Source: Lama guanicoe (Eukaryota). From it: a stretch of 64,000 bases of DNA. Below are positions 1-11,414 of this stretch, one piece after another (within the stretch, counting starts at the first letter, position 1; every line of letters begins with the position of its first letter). The stretch covers positions 3,225,374-3,289,373 of the forward strand of contig MU054220.1 in NCBI GenBank assembly GCA_013239625.1, given 5' to 3'. The notes beneath the pieces were generated by a model that searched no databases, was not told the DNA's origin, and saw nothing but the letters and a program-made list of their open reading frames with translations. The position numbers were made by a program, and so were the translations under genes.

Positions 1-19
1 CTCTCACACATGATGTTTC

Positions 20-363
20 AGCCAGTGCAGTCTTTGTTTAGCTCTTGAACACACTATTGAACATTACTCCCACCTCAAGGTTTTGTACATGTTGTTCCCG
101 CTAGGGAAAGAGCCTAGAAATCTCTTTTCCCAGATTTCTACATGGTTGACTCTTTCTTGCCTTTCAATTCTCTCCTCAGATTTCTCCACCTCAGAGTAAG
201 CAATCAAAATTCTCTCCCAATCACTCTCTACTGCTTGCTGAAATTATTTTCCAAAATTATGTTGACTTGTTTATTGCCTCATTTCCTCCTCTAGGATGTA
301 AAATCATGGGAGCACTGACACTGTTATCTTCAGCTTTAACCTCCAGTGCCTACAACCATGCCC
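20..363 (+). mobile_element. L2 LINE 3' fragment
   Basis: Resembles the L2 3' region (ccacctcaagg..., acatggttgactc..., ctccagtgcctacaaccatgccca); cut off by L1 at ~364. Confidence 0.7.
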
Positions 364-900
364 AACAAAAGTTAGTTCTTGGAAAAGATTGTTAAAATTG
401 ATAAACCCCTAGCAACACTGAATAAGAGGAAGAGAGAAAGCACAAATTACCACTATCTGAAATGAAAAAGGGATATCACCACACACCTTAGACGCATAAA
501 AATAAATAATAAGAGGATATTCTGATCAATTTTATTCCAATGAATGTAAAACGTTTTAAAGAAATGAGCAATTCCATGAAAAAGACAACTTACAAAATGG
601 ACACAAAAAGAAATAGAAAATCTGAATTGTACCGTAGTTATTAAAGATTGAATCCATAACTAAATATTTTTTTCACCAAGGAAACTATAGGCTTTTATGG
701 ATCCACTGTGGAATTCTTCAAAACATTTAGGGAAGAAGTACAAACTCTTCCAAAGAATAGAAAAAAGAGAGCACTTAGCCTGCTTTTTGATGTCAGCATA
801 ACTTTGGTACCCAAACCTGATAAAGACATTCCAAACAGAACCCAATGATACATAAAATGGGTAATGTATCACAACCCAGTTGGATTTATTCCAGGAATAT
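364..900 (+). mobile_element. Old L1 (L1M) ORF2 fragment
   Basis: Translates NKS*FLEKIVKIDKPLATLNKRKRE, like L1 ORF2 KSWFFEKINKIDRPLARLIKKKRE; A-rich, with stops and frameshifts. Confidence 0.9.
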
Positions 901-1002
901 ATCTACTGAGATGATCAGGTCATTTTCTTCTTTGTTCTATTAATATTATAAGCTATAAAGATTGAATGTTAAACCAACCTTGCATTCCTGGAATAAACCC
1001 AA
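901..1002 (-). mobile_element. Inverted continuation of the same L1 ORF2
   Basis: Reverse complement encodes GFIPGMQGWFNIQ, then (out of frame) sequence like INRTK..IISVD, the L1 RT segment following the + arm. Confidence 0.85.
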
Positions 1003-1027
1003 ACTCAGAGAAAAGTCAATTCTACAC

Positions 1028-2045
1028 AGCCCTGCAGTTTATGTATTACCTTTTGGACCCCACCTCCTACCACTCTCCCCTGGTTCACTCTACTCCAGCC
1101 ACATGGCCTCCTGCCTCTCCACCAACACCCAGGCATGTTCCTGCCTCAGAAACATTGAATTTGCTGCTCCTGTGCCTGCATCACCTTTCTCCCAGACAAC
1201 TGCCTGTCTGGTTCCCTCACTTTATTTTCTCAGAATCCACCTTCTCAGTGAGGTTTTCCTGACTGTACTATCTAAAATGTCTATCCCTCTCCCACTCCTG
1301 ATCATTTCTAGCCCCCTTTCCTCCTTCATTTTTTATCCTTAGCATTTACTACCATCTAACAGGCTATACATTTTATTTATTTTGTGTGATGGTGGATTTT
1401 ATGTGACAACTTGACTGGGCCATGGAATGCCCAGATAGCTGGTTAAATGTTATTTCTGGGCATGTCTGTGTGGGTGTTTCTGGAAGAGATTAGCATTTGA
1501 AGTTGTAGACTGAGTAAAGCAGATTGGTTCTCTCCAATACTGGATTGAGTTGGCATCAACTGGATGAGTGGGCCTCATCCAATCCATTGAGGGTCTGGAA
1601 ATGGAACAAAAAGGCAGAAGAATGTTAAATTCACGCTCTACCTGACTGTTGAGCTGGGACATTGTCTTCTGCCCTCAGAGATCCTAGTTCTCAGATCTCC
1701 AGATCCCGATTGGAATCCACACCACTGATTCTCTGGCTCTCTGGTCTTTACACTACACCATGAGCTTTCTTGGGTCTCTGGTTTGTAGAATTCAGATCAT
1801 GGGACATCTCAGCCTCCATAAATTGTCTGTGCCCATATCTTATAATATATATTGTGGTTCTCTTTCTCTAAAAAACCTTGACTAATACATTTCATTTACT
1901 GTATGTCTTCCCTAATTAAAGCAAAAGCTATATGAGTGTAGGGATGATTTTGGTCTGTTTTTGTACTGCTGAATCTCTAGCATCTAGAACAGTGCCTGAC
2001 ACATAGCATGCATTCTTAATAAATACTAGCTGAATGAATGAGTAA
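1028..2045 (+). mobile_element. L2a 3' end, split by an MLT2 LTR
   Basis: cactctactccagccacatggcctcc...; ends ctagaacagtgcctgacacatag...aataaatactagctgaatgaatg. Confidence 0.85.
1385..1889 (+). mobile_element. MLT2-family solo LTR (ERVL)
   Basis: Starts tgtgatggtggattttatgtgacaacttgactgggcc and ends ccttgactaataca (TG...CA termini). Confidence 0.9.
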
Positions 2046-2209
2046 ATGTTCTCAGTGTCCTTCAGAGCAAGATGTGCATTCAGCAAACACTTACTAAGAA
2101 CCTGATAGTAGTGCTGGGAAATTACTGGTGAGTTGGCCCCACCTCTGCCCTCTAGTATGTGCTGCCCCTGCATCATGGGGGAAACTCAGATACAGAAAGA
2201 GTTCAGCTC

Positions 2210-2849
2210 AGTGGGTCAAAGACCATCGATTTTCATGATTTGAAGTAATTATGATCTATAAAGTCACCACAAACACCCAATTAAGGAATACTGAACCGTT
2301 ACTCCTAGTGAAAATACAAGGTTAGTTTCTTGCCAGCCTCTGGTCACAATATTTTTGTTGACATTCAATACATAACCTTATTTTATGTGTGTTTCTGTTT
2401 AAAGATACCTTACTTAACATATATTGTTGGTTTGCTAACATTGAATTCATGGCCAACAGAACTGTAATTCACACCTTAATGAGATATATATGACACACAC
2501 ATTTTCTCCATAAGGCACACCACAGCCTTCTTGCACTTAGGAACACCACTAGACATTAAGCTTGGGGGTCATTTTAAGCAACAAAGTCACCAACAAAATG
2601 CACAGAAGTGTGAAAAACATGGCACAAAGTAGACCACAATAGGACACTTGCCTACAGCACAAGAGCTGAAGCCAGAAGGCAGAGCATTGCCTTGTTGGAT
2701 CTTAGCTGAGAAGATGGGTGTTGGAATGACTCAAATATTTCACCACTCTGCACATGTCCATGAATGACTGTATTAATTTGGGGGTTAAGTTTTAACTATG
2801 AAGTGAATTCACAGATATGGAATCTGCCAATAATGAGGGATAGACTGTA
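2210..2849. mobile_element. Tigger3-like (Tc1/mariner) non-autonomous DNA transposon
   Basis: Internal ctataaagtcaccacaaacac...gaatactgaaccgttactcctag; right terminus aataatgagggatagactg followed by TA. Confidence 0.8.
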
Positions 2850-3089
2850 TTTAAGGGAGGATCTGCAACATACTGCACATGACCCCAGACCAGGATAAGA
2901 AAGAAAACAAAAGCAATCGACAAGATGGGACAGAGCTGCTGTTAGAAACCTCATCTCAAAAGGAGATGAACACATTTCCAAAGTTCCTCCCTGAGACAAT
3001 CTCCCCCCAACACCGGTCCCTGCCACCCTCTTTTTACAAACATACTTGCAATCTTCTAGCCACGGCTGGTTTGAATGACTTGAATTGTC

Positions 3090-3320
3090 AGGTCTGATTT
3101 TGTTCTCAGAGAGTCAATTTTTATTTTTAATCCCTCCGGTCGCTCCATGGAGCTGACAGCTTCCCGCAATGTGTGAGATGTGCCACAGCCAGGGAAGATC
3201 GTGGGGAAAAAAAGACCCTTTTCAGGAATGAAGCAGCTTATGTGGATTTCCTAACAGCCTGGACTAATTGTCTTTCCTTCTGCTCTCTACATTAAAAGTA
3301 TTTACATGGGAACAACCCAG
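3090..3320. promoter_or_regulatory. Candidate conserved enhancer island
   Basis: Repeat-free; TAATCC 3128-3133, TGACAG 3154-3159, CTAATTG 3264-3270. Confidence 0.3.
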
Positions 3321-3731
3321 AGGCTGTAAGTCTCTAAGTTGATTCCTAGGGCTGATTAGCTGACCCCAAACCCTCAACCCTCATTGTTGGTGCCACAGTG
3401 GTTTCCAGAGCAACTACGGGGGATGGCAGAGCATGGTGGAGGGGTTCCAGTGGGGGTAATTGCAATAGGAGCCCTTCTTGGCATAAGACCTTTCTCCAGC
3501 TAGAACCAGGTGAGAGGGAGGCAGAAAAGGGGAGAAGAGTGTGTGTCCCAGACCCTACCACTTCACTTGTTCTTCCCTTTATTCAGTAGTGGAATTGGAT
3601 GTTTTTTGCTATGTGGTCTGCAGGATGGCTAAGTGTTTATAGTGCTCAGAGAACACGGGTGGTTTCTGCATTATTTATTTTCTTCTTTATCCCCAAGGTC
3701 TCATACCATCAGAGCAGTTAAGCATCCAGGC

Positions 3732-4095
3732 AATCAGTCAGCAAATATTTACTGAGCATCTACTATGTGCCCAGCCCTATGCTAGGCATAGGGGACATAG
3801 AACTGAACAAGTCAGATGTGCTTGCTGCTCCCATTATGTTGCTGTTCCAGAAGTGGAGATGAAACAAATATTCTGACACATTTTGTTCAATCAAGACAAA
3901 AACTCTGAAGGAGAATTTCAGGGAGCAGGGAGAGGATATTATAAGAGAACCTAATCTAGGTTGGAAATTCCAAGAAGGCTTCCTGGAGGAGATGGTATTT
4001 GCATTGAGATTGGAAGTGTAAATAAGAACCGTCCATGCGGAAAGTGAAGGTTCCCAGCTGAGGGGAATAGCTTGTGCAAAGGTCCTGGGGCAAAG
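3732..4095 (-). mobile_element. L2 3' end
   Basis: cagcaaatatttactgagcatctactatgtgcc...gaaggcttcctggaggagatg...gtgcaaaggtcctgggg. Confidence 0.85.
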
Positions 4096-4109
4096 AGGCA
4101 AACTTATGA

Positions 4110-4230
4110 TCTTAAAGATCATCTTGACTTACCCACTTTCCTATTTTATAGATGAAAAACCTGAAAGGAAGTGACTCGCCTAAGGTCACACAGATAATTA
4201 GAAGCAAGACTGGGATTGGATCCTGAGAAC
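4110..4230 (-). mobile_element. MIR
   Basis: Antisense MIR core attttatagatgaaaaac...aaggtcacacag. Confidence 0.75.
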
Positions 4231-4369
4231 CCATTTCCTATCTGGGTCTTTTTCACAGGTTCCCATCAGGCCTGCGGCTCCAAGTTTCTCCTGCTTTCTT
4301 TCTTGGATCACAGATGATCTGCTTGATTTCTCTTCCCTCCATCCCCAGCCCTGGATACGTTGACTTGGA

Positions 4370-4725
4370 TGTAGGTCGCTGAGGAATTGTGAAATAAGAA
4401 ATATACATTTTGGACTCTGTCCCAGGTCCTGACACAGGGCTTCTAAAACCCTTGTAATTTTCTAAGTGATAAGAGCACTGGAAGCAACTTTTGTCCTAAT
4501 ATTTGGTCTTTGACCCCAGTCCCTGACACAGGGCTCCTAATTCCTGGGTGATAGGAGTGTCTTTTGTTTTAATGAGGTGGCTCTGGGTGGGCTCCTGTTG
4601 GGGGCTGGTCACTAGAAAGACCAAGCCATGATTAGAAGGTTGGGATTTTCAGCCCCATCCCCCATTCTCCACAAAGGGCAAAGGGATTGAAAATGAATGT
4701 CATAAATGATCAAGCTTATGTGATG
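4370..4725 (+). mobile_element. MER21-like LTR, 3'-truncated
   Basis: ggggctggtcactagaaagaccaagccatgattagaaggttgggattttcagcccc is typical of MER21; internal duplicated unit cctgacacagggct. Confidence 0.75.
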
Positions 4726-4959
4726 GCTCACGAGGATAAAAATGGGATGATGAATTTCCTCTCTTCCCACCCCCTTCTAGAATCTAAGGTATGTTTCTGC
4801 AGGACTTGTACATTTTTATTCCTGTCCCGGACCCCTGGCTCAGGACCTCACTCCCATAATGCTCCCCATGAATGTTTGATGACTGACTGAAGGAGCGTAT
4901 AAGAAATCTCTGTGTAATTACAGGAGACACCCGTTAGAAGCTCTGAGACCCAGAGATGT

Positions 4960-5335
4960 CCAAAGGCATTCTATTAAATGAGATGGAAATTAAATGAAAA
5001 GCCAGGCTGGTGTGCCAGAGGCAGAGGAAGAGAGCCCTCCAGAAGCCAGGGTCGTCGGCAGGCTCTATTCCAAATGTGTTTTTGAGCAAACAGTGGAGCC
5101 TAGTGAACCTTGGACATGAAGCTCTTTCCAAATGAGTCTTTAATAATGTAGTTATACAAATTGAGCCTAATTAAATTGTACCCGTTGAAAATACACTGCT
5201 GTACATCTGAATGATGAAATTGGGATCAAAAAGCAATCCAGAAAAGATGCAAAGGTAATTTTCCACTTGTACTAAGCAAGCTGGGATCTTCAAACTGCAA
5301 TTGTGTTGAATGCCCACTCGGGACTATTAAAGGGC
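4960..5335. promoter_or_regulatory. Candidate conserved enhancer island
   Basis: AT-rich unique sequence; ATTAAATGA at 4973 and 4989, TAATTA 5168-5173. Confidence 0.4.
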
Positions 5336-5373
5336 CAGTCCTCCAGGTCTATGGGTTCTCAAGGCTGGCACCA

Positions 5374-5413
5374 TCTCTCTCTCTCTCTCTGTCTGTCTCT
5401 CTCTCTTTCTTTC
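5374..5413. repeat. (CT)n microsatellite
   Basis: tctctctctctctctctgtctgtctctctctctttctttc. Confidence 0.9.
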
Positions 5414-5769
5414 AGTTTGCTGCCTGCTCCTTGGCCTCCAGAGCAGGAGACAGAAGAGGGCAGGAAGAGCTTAGGGGCCTCTAAGGTCGTACCAACTTCA
5501 CTCTGGTTCTTGAAAACACTGAGCATGCTCCCTCCTAGAGGCCTCTGCTCCGGCTTTTCCCCCTTATGCTGCTGACTCCTTCTTATACCGTTCACGCATG
5601 GGTTTCTGGACAAGCTCCCCCTGCACAAGCTCCCAGTGACCCATCTAAAGTCTCCTGCTCTGCCTAGCTCCATCACTCTCTCACCACCCTGCTTTGCTTC
5701 AAAACATATCACTCTCTGAGAAGCATGCCTTGTCTTGGGCTCCAATCTTTCCACGGATCCCCCCAACCC

Positions 5770-5895
5770 AACTCAGGTACCCAGATGTAAACTCCAAGAG
5801 CTCAGGGACCTTGCCTGTCTATCTTATTCCCTGCTCTCTTCCCAAGACCTCGACACAGAACAGATGCCAAGTGAGCACATGTTGAATAAATGAGT
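5770..5895 (+). mobile_element. L2 3' terminus
   Basis: agatgtaaactccaagagctcagggaccttgcctgtct...atgttgaataaatgag. Confidence 0.7.
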
Positions 5896-6686
5896 GTCAG
5901 AGCTGGAGGGTCCCAGAGACTCAATAGCCAGCCACATCTTGAGGCTCAGAGAAGGGAAGGGGCTTTCCAAGTCCACTCAGGGAGTCCATGCAGGGGAACC
6001 CTTGGCTCTTGGTCAAAATGCCCTTGTCATTTCTCCTCTAATCTCCCAGGGGAGTGTGGAACTTTGCCCCCATCACCCATGGGGTGTGGCTCCGGAGCCA
6101 GACCATCTGTGCCCCAATCCTACCTCTGATTTAACAAGATGTGTTGACCCTGGGCAAGTTCCAGAACCCCTATTCCCTCTCGTATAAGATGGAAATAATG
6201 GTAGTTATAATCCGCCTCCATCCACATGGTCGTGCCGCCACCCCAGCAAGGTGATTTTATTATCCCCACACTTCAATGGAAGAAGCAAAAGCTCAGAGGG
6301 TTCAGTTACTTGCTCAAAGTAAGAGTAACAGCAGCCAGAACCCTGCGGAGGAAACTGCTCAGCAGTCTCTCTCCTGACAAGGCTGCTTCGTGTCAGGTCT
6401 GAAAGGCAGGTTTACAAGGTAGATTTAAAAGCCTCCCGGACAGGGTAGCTGGTTTACATGCCTTCGGGGCCGGTTCAGCTCTCAGCTTCTAATGAAAACA
6501 GACTCCTGTTTCCCAAGTGAGCTCAGAAGAGACACTCAGCTCATAGCAACCAGGGACGGTTTGCTGCAAGGAGGCACCGTGCTATCCTCAATCCTGGGCG
6601 CCCAGGACTCCTCCCCTCAGGACCCTCTCTGTCAGTTTCCTCCTCTCTACCTGCTCATCTCCCCTTTCCAGAAATGCCAAAGCAGA

Positions 6687-6806
6687 GGGGAGGGAATAGC
6701 TCAAGTGGTAGAGCACGTGTTTAGCTTAGCGCGCATGAGGTCGTTCATTCAATCCCCTGCACCTTCATTTAAATAAGTAAGTAAATAAGGAAACTTTATT
6801 ATCCCC
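6687..6806 (+). mobile_element. Camelid tRNA-Ala-derived SINE (Vic-1-like), diverged copy
   Basis: ggggagggaatagctcaagtggtagagcac (A box), degenerate B box ttcattcaatcccc, AT-rich tail; degenerate TSD agaaatgccaaagcag (6670-6685) / agaaatacggaaacag (6807-6822). Confidence 0.85.
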
Positions 6807-6993
6807 AGAAATACGGAAACAGGGGTCTCAGACTGGTGGGGTGTGAGTGGGCTGGGGCCAGTAGATGAGATGGGCTGACACAAATAGTGATTTTTTAAAA
6901 GAACTGAGCAAACATTTAAAATTCAGATGACTTCTTATTAAAATAAAAAATTGGATTTCCAGTCTGAAGACTTGTCAGCAGCCATGTGCGCGA

Positions 6994-7001
6994 GTGTGCG
7001 T

Positions 7002-7031
<30 letters not shown>
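6994..7031. repeat. Compound (GT/GC/CA)n alternating purine-pyrimidine tract
   Basis: gtgtgcgtgcgcgcgc followed by an (AC)n run. Confidence 0.9.
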
Positions 7032-7032
<1 letters not shown>

Positions 7033-7194
7033 GCCCCCATGGCAACGGTGGGCTGGGGCCTGAGCAGCAGCGCCCCCTTTGAACAAAGCAGGTTTTCTCC
7101 AGTTTCCCACAATTCCCACCTCGGAGGCCCCTTCCCCTTCTCTTATTTACATTTCCTGCTTCATCCCTGTAGGCACCTGAGTTTGAGAGCCCCA

Positions 7195-7340
7195 TCCTAC
7201 CCTGCAGCCTGCTAGGGACTTAGGCCAGTGTGCACATTTTAAAGATGAGGACACTGAGGTCCAGGGAAAGTGACTTGCCCAAGGTCGCCCAGAAAGCTGA
7301 TCACACAGCCAGGACTAGAGCCCAGAATATCCCCTCCCAG
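7195..7340 (-). mobile_element. MIR
   Basis: cattttaaagatgaggacactgagg...agtgacttgcccaaggtc. Confidence 0.8.
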
Positions 7341-7479
7341 GGAAGCATTCGGTGCCCTGAGCACAACCTGCACACGTGGGCTTCTGGGGTTACCCCTTTT
7401 GATGTCCAGACACAGCGGTAGCCTCCTCCATGTGGCTCCCGCCCCTAGCTTGGCTGCCAAGGAGGAATTTGAAAACTCA

Positions 7480-7960
7480 GATCTGATCTCATTATGTCAC
7501 TCACTTCCCTGCTTTGAGAAGAAAGAACATTTTCCCCAGTCTCAGGATAAAGTAAATCTCCTTGGGATGACATTCTGAGTAGGCACTATGTGACTCCAGC
7601 CTAACTTTCCTGTCTTATCTGTCACTCCTCCATCTATCTCCGCAGCCAGTCTCCGTCATCCGGGTTGGGACCATTTGCTCTTGCCCAGACACCCACGGTG
7701 CACTTTTCTCAGGCTTCAGGCCATTCCCCTTCTGCAGATGAAATTCTGCTCAGCCTTCAAGGGCCCCTACCACATCACTTCCTCCAAGAAGCCTTCCCTG
7801 ACTTCTGATCCCACTCCAGGGTCCACAGGTCACAGCTAATTATGCTCTCCTCTCCTTGGCCACTCTACTTACGCCCCTTTCCAGCATGCATTGCTTTGTG
7901 TTCTTATCCCAGCTGCCTGGTTTCCCATATTCACCTGCCAGCCTGTTGATAACTCAATGA
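7480..7960 (+). mobile_element. L2 fragment
   Basis: tctgatctcattatgtcactc...caggataaagtaaatctccttg...catcacttcctccaagaagccttccctgac. Confidence 0.65.
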
Positions 7961-8589
7961 GGGCTTATTGCGCCCCCCAAGGCTGAGCCTTTCACCTATA
8001 TTAGCTCATGAATTCAATAGTCCTTAGAGGTACATAGATCTCCCGATTTGTTCAGATGGAGAAACGGAAGCTCAGGTGGGTTAAGCAGGCTGTCTAAGGT
8101 CACTCAGCCAGTACGTGGCCTTGGCGGGACCCAGCTGGGGTCCAGAGTCGCAGGTCCCTCCCTCCAGGCTATGAGTGAGGGGTTCAGAGCAGGATTGTGT
8201 GTGTGTCTCTGATCCAGGGCCCTGTACCCTGGTCATACGAGCCCAGAGGGTATTTTCAGGGTTGAGGCCAGATGGGTAGCTCCTGGGGCAACTTCCTCCA
8301 CTTTCAGTTCCCAGGCCCATTGCCCAATCCCCATCTTCAGCCCCTTCCCTAACATTTTTCCCATTTCCCTTTACTCACCCACCTCCTACCCCCAGCCCCA
8401 TTGTCCTCTAAAAGAAAAGCCGAGAAAACAGCCTTTCTTATGGGGTCACCGAGGACCACAATGAACTGTTGGAATTTCCCTGTATAGCAACCCACCACCA
8501 ACCTCAGGGCCTTTGCTTATGCTGTTCCCTCCACCTGTGCTTAAGACCTCTCCACTTCTATCTTCTCTTCCAGAACTCTGTCCTGCCCT

Positions 8590-9003
8590 TTTACAGGTAA
8601 ACTCTGAACCCCTCACCTGGCCTGCCTACTCCTCTGATCTCCATTCAGGCCACATTCCCCTCACCCACTCAGTCTCAGCCACACTGGCTCTCTCTGTCCC
8701 TCACACAAAGCCAAGTCCTTTCATGCCCCAGGGCTCTTGCCCTTGCTGTTCCTTCGGCCTGGAAAGCCCTTTCCTTGCTCTTGCTCCTCCTTGTCATTCA
8801 GGTCGCAGCTCCAACATCACCACCTCTGGGGTGACACATGCCCTCTTTGCTCCTGCATGACAGCAACGGCTGTCTTGTCATCTGTCTCCCCTGAGTTTGA
8901 GTCTCAGGAGGGCAGAGTCTGCATCCCTCTTACTCGTGTTGTCCCTGGCACCCGGGATGAAGCCCGGCACATAGTAGGTGCTCAATAAATATTTGAGTGA
9001 TTG
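8590..9003 (+). mobile_element. L2 3' end
   Basis: cagccacactggc...ggcacatagtaggtgctcaataaatatttgagtga. Confidence 0.8.
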
Positions 9004-9499
9004 CAAGGGGGAGAGGGAGGAAAAGAGAGAGCAAAGGAAAGGAAAAAGGGAAGAAGGGAGGGAGAGAAGGGAAAATAAAAAAGAGAGCACCCCCTCTCCC
9101 AGCTCCTGCTGTATTGCCAGGTTGCACTTTAAAACTGACAAAACCTCTTGTCCCTGGCACAGGGGAAGGGGCAGTGGGACCAAGAACAGGAAGGGACAGA
9201 GCCTCCTGTTAGCCCATCATCAGCAACGATTGTCCCACTGAGAGCCTCTGCCCTCCCCTGCCCTGAGAACAAGGGTGACAGACGAGGTCAGGTGCTCTGG
9301 GAAGGGCCAGATAATAGAAATGGGTGTCAGTGGTTGGGCCTGACCAGAGGCCGAATCGGGGACAAGAAAGATTACAGCTCAAAGGAAACAGGGGTCCAAG
9401 GGAGCAGGGGACAGGAGGGAGCATCTCTCAGGGTAGAGAATAGCCAGCCAGGGCATGAAGCCCTCATGTGTGCAGCCTTACCGCTGCCGGCTGAAATAC

Positions 9500-9700
9500 A
9501 ACCGCAACCCAGGTCGTAAATTAGAGTCAGGGTCCCAGATTAGCAATGGAATTAAGCACCGTGAGAATTCAAGGGGAAAAAAATTCACATAAAATTCAAT
9601 TTAAGGATTAAACAGTCATGCTTTCCAGTGAAGCCATCCTCCTGAGAGTATTAAATTGCTCTGTATTTGAGCAGGATTTCTCACCTGAAGGTCCCAAGCT
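9500..9700. promoter_or_regulatory. Candidate conserved enhancer island
   Basis: GTCGTAAA (posterior HOX/CDX motif) 9513-9520, several ATTA cores, GGATTA; no repeat similarity recognised. Confidence 0.4.
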
Positions 9701-10149
9701 GGCAGCGGGTTACACAGTGGATTGACACATGGTGCCACTTGTCCCTAAGCCTTCAGGTCCTTGGGGAAGGACTGGCTATGGCTGCTTGTCCCCCACCCAT
9801 CAGTCAAGGCACCCTCCAATCGCCCCCTGCTATTGGGTCACCATAAGAGAGAAAGCAAGGAGGTGTGGAAGGTGCCAGGCAAGCCCATCCCCGCTGTGGG
9901 CAGCAGGGAGTTTGCACATAGTGTCATGCCCCCCCCCCAGTAGCACTCGGAGAGTACGGGCTGTGTACAGGCTAGAAAGTAAGACTGCAAGGTCCTCAAG
10001 GCTACCCCTCCCCAGATGAGGAGACCAAGACCCAGAGAGTAGAGGGACTCACCCAAGGCCACTTTGTTAAGTGTCAGGGCTGGAACTGGGCCCTGCGGTC
10101 TCTTGATATCTGGGGTTCATTTCTCAATGACAGCACAGGCCATTCAAGA

Positions 10150-10500
10150 AGGCAGTTGAGCCAAGAAACATCTGCCCCAGAGTTTGGTTGGAATTGTCAG
10201 GAATAGAATACTTTCTTTCTTCTGAGGTTGCCCAGCTGGTCAGATGTAACCTTAGATCTGCTGAAACTCATCTTTGTCACCAATTAGGCAGAGGCTACCT
10301 GAGAGTTAAGCTAGAGGAACCATAGCTAAGAGATGGAGGGAGGCAGATTTCAGATGATATTGTTTGAGCACCTGGATCCAGCCTTACCTGAATGCAGTTA
10401 ATGTGCTATGGTTTCAGTTACGTGAGTCAAAACCTTTCAAGTCCAAGATCATTTGAATTGGGTTTCTGTCATACGTTATTTTAAGAACCCTGACTAATAT
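10150..10500 (+). mobile_element. MLT1 (J/K/L-like) MaLR LTR
   Basis: gatgatattgtttgagcacctggatccagccttacctgaa...tttgaattgggtttctgtca...aagaaccctgactaata. Confidence 0.8.
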
Positions 10501-10519
10501 AATTTCCCTCTTCTGGAAG

Positions 10520-10970
10520 AGAGAATCCAAGCTTCTAAGAAAGTCCTACAAAGCTTTGCAAGACTAAGTACAGCTGCTCCACACTCAACTTCCCCACCCC
10601 TGACAATACTGGCTTTGTGCTTCAGCCACACCAGAGTGTTTGTGGGGCCCACACTCATTCCACCCAATCTCTGTGCCTCCACGAATGCCTCTGTCTAGGA
10701 TGCATTTTCCTCTTGTGCACCTGCAAAACTCCTATTCATCTTTCCAAATCCTTCCCAGGAGTAATTACTTTTTCTTTTCAGACATCCCCAGATAGACCAT
10801 TTCCTCCCTTATGCCATGTCAAATATTCAGTGTATTTCTGTTGTGCTTTTTCTCTTGGTTTGAGATGGCCGTTTATTCATTTCCTTTCCCTGGAGGGAAG
10901 GGACCAGTTTTCCAATACCTTGACATCTCCCATGCATACATAGCACAGTGCTTAGTACCTAGGATGGAGC
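10520..10970 (+). mobile_element. L2 (L2c-like) fragment
   Basis: gcttcagccacaccaga...ctggagggaagggacca...catagcacagtgcttagtac. Confidence 0.65.
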
Positions 10971-11149
10971 AGAACTGAACTGAACATGGAATAGAAATGC
11001 ACTAAACGTATGTAATTGGCTGATAACTTTCAAAGCCAACTAATAGGAGTCCTTTTCCTCAAATATCTTCTCAAGCATCTGCCAAAACTGGGCAGGGAAG
11101 CCCTTCAGAAAGATAACTCTTTTGATTCATTTCCACCAATCCCTGACTT

Positions 11150-11350
11150 GGTTAAGAGTGTTGGTTCCAGAATCTCATAACTTGAGTTCTAAGCCTGGCT
11201 CTGTCACTTCTTCCCTGTGTGTCTGTAGGAAATATCCTTAACCTCTCTGGGCCCTAGGCGTCTGGGTAGGACTTAGAGACATGGTACGTGTAAAGAGCTT
11301 GGAACGGCATCTGGCACCTCGTAAGCACCCAATAAATGTAAGGTGGTGTT
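11150..11350 (+). mobile_element. MIR
   Basis: ggttaagagtg...ctggctctgtcactt...ttaacctctctggg...aagcacccaataaatgt. Confidence 0.8.
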
Positions 11351-11414
11351 ATTCACTGCGGAGGAAATGAGGTGAAAATTAAGAAGAACTTTGACGAGGA
11401 CCTTTTGTACTTTT

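Noticed and set aside
4408..4560. Internal duplicated unit (cctgacacagggct...gtgata.gag) as a CRISPR-like or novel repeat
   Set aside because: Only two copies, lying inside a MER21-like LTR; mammalian context with no spacers or cas genes.
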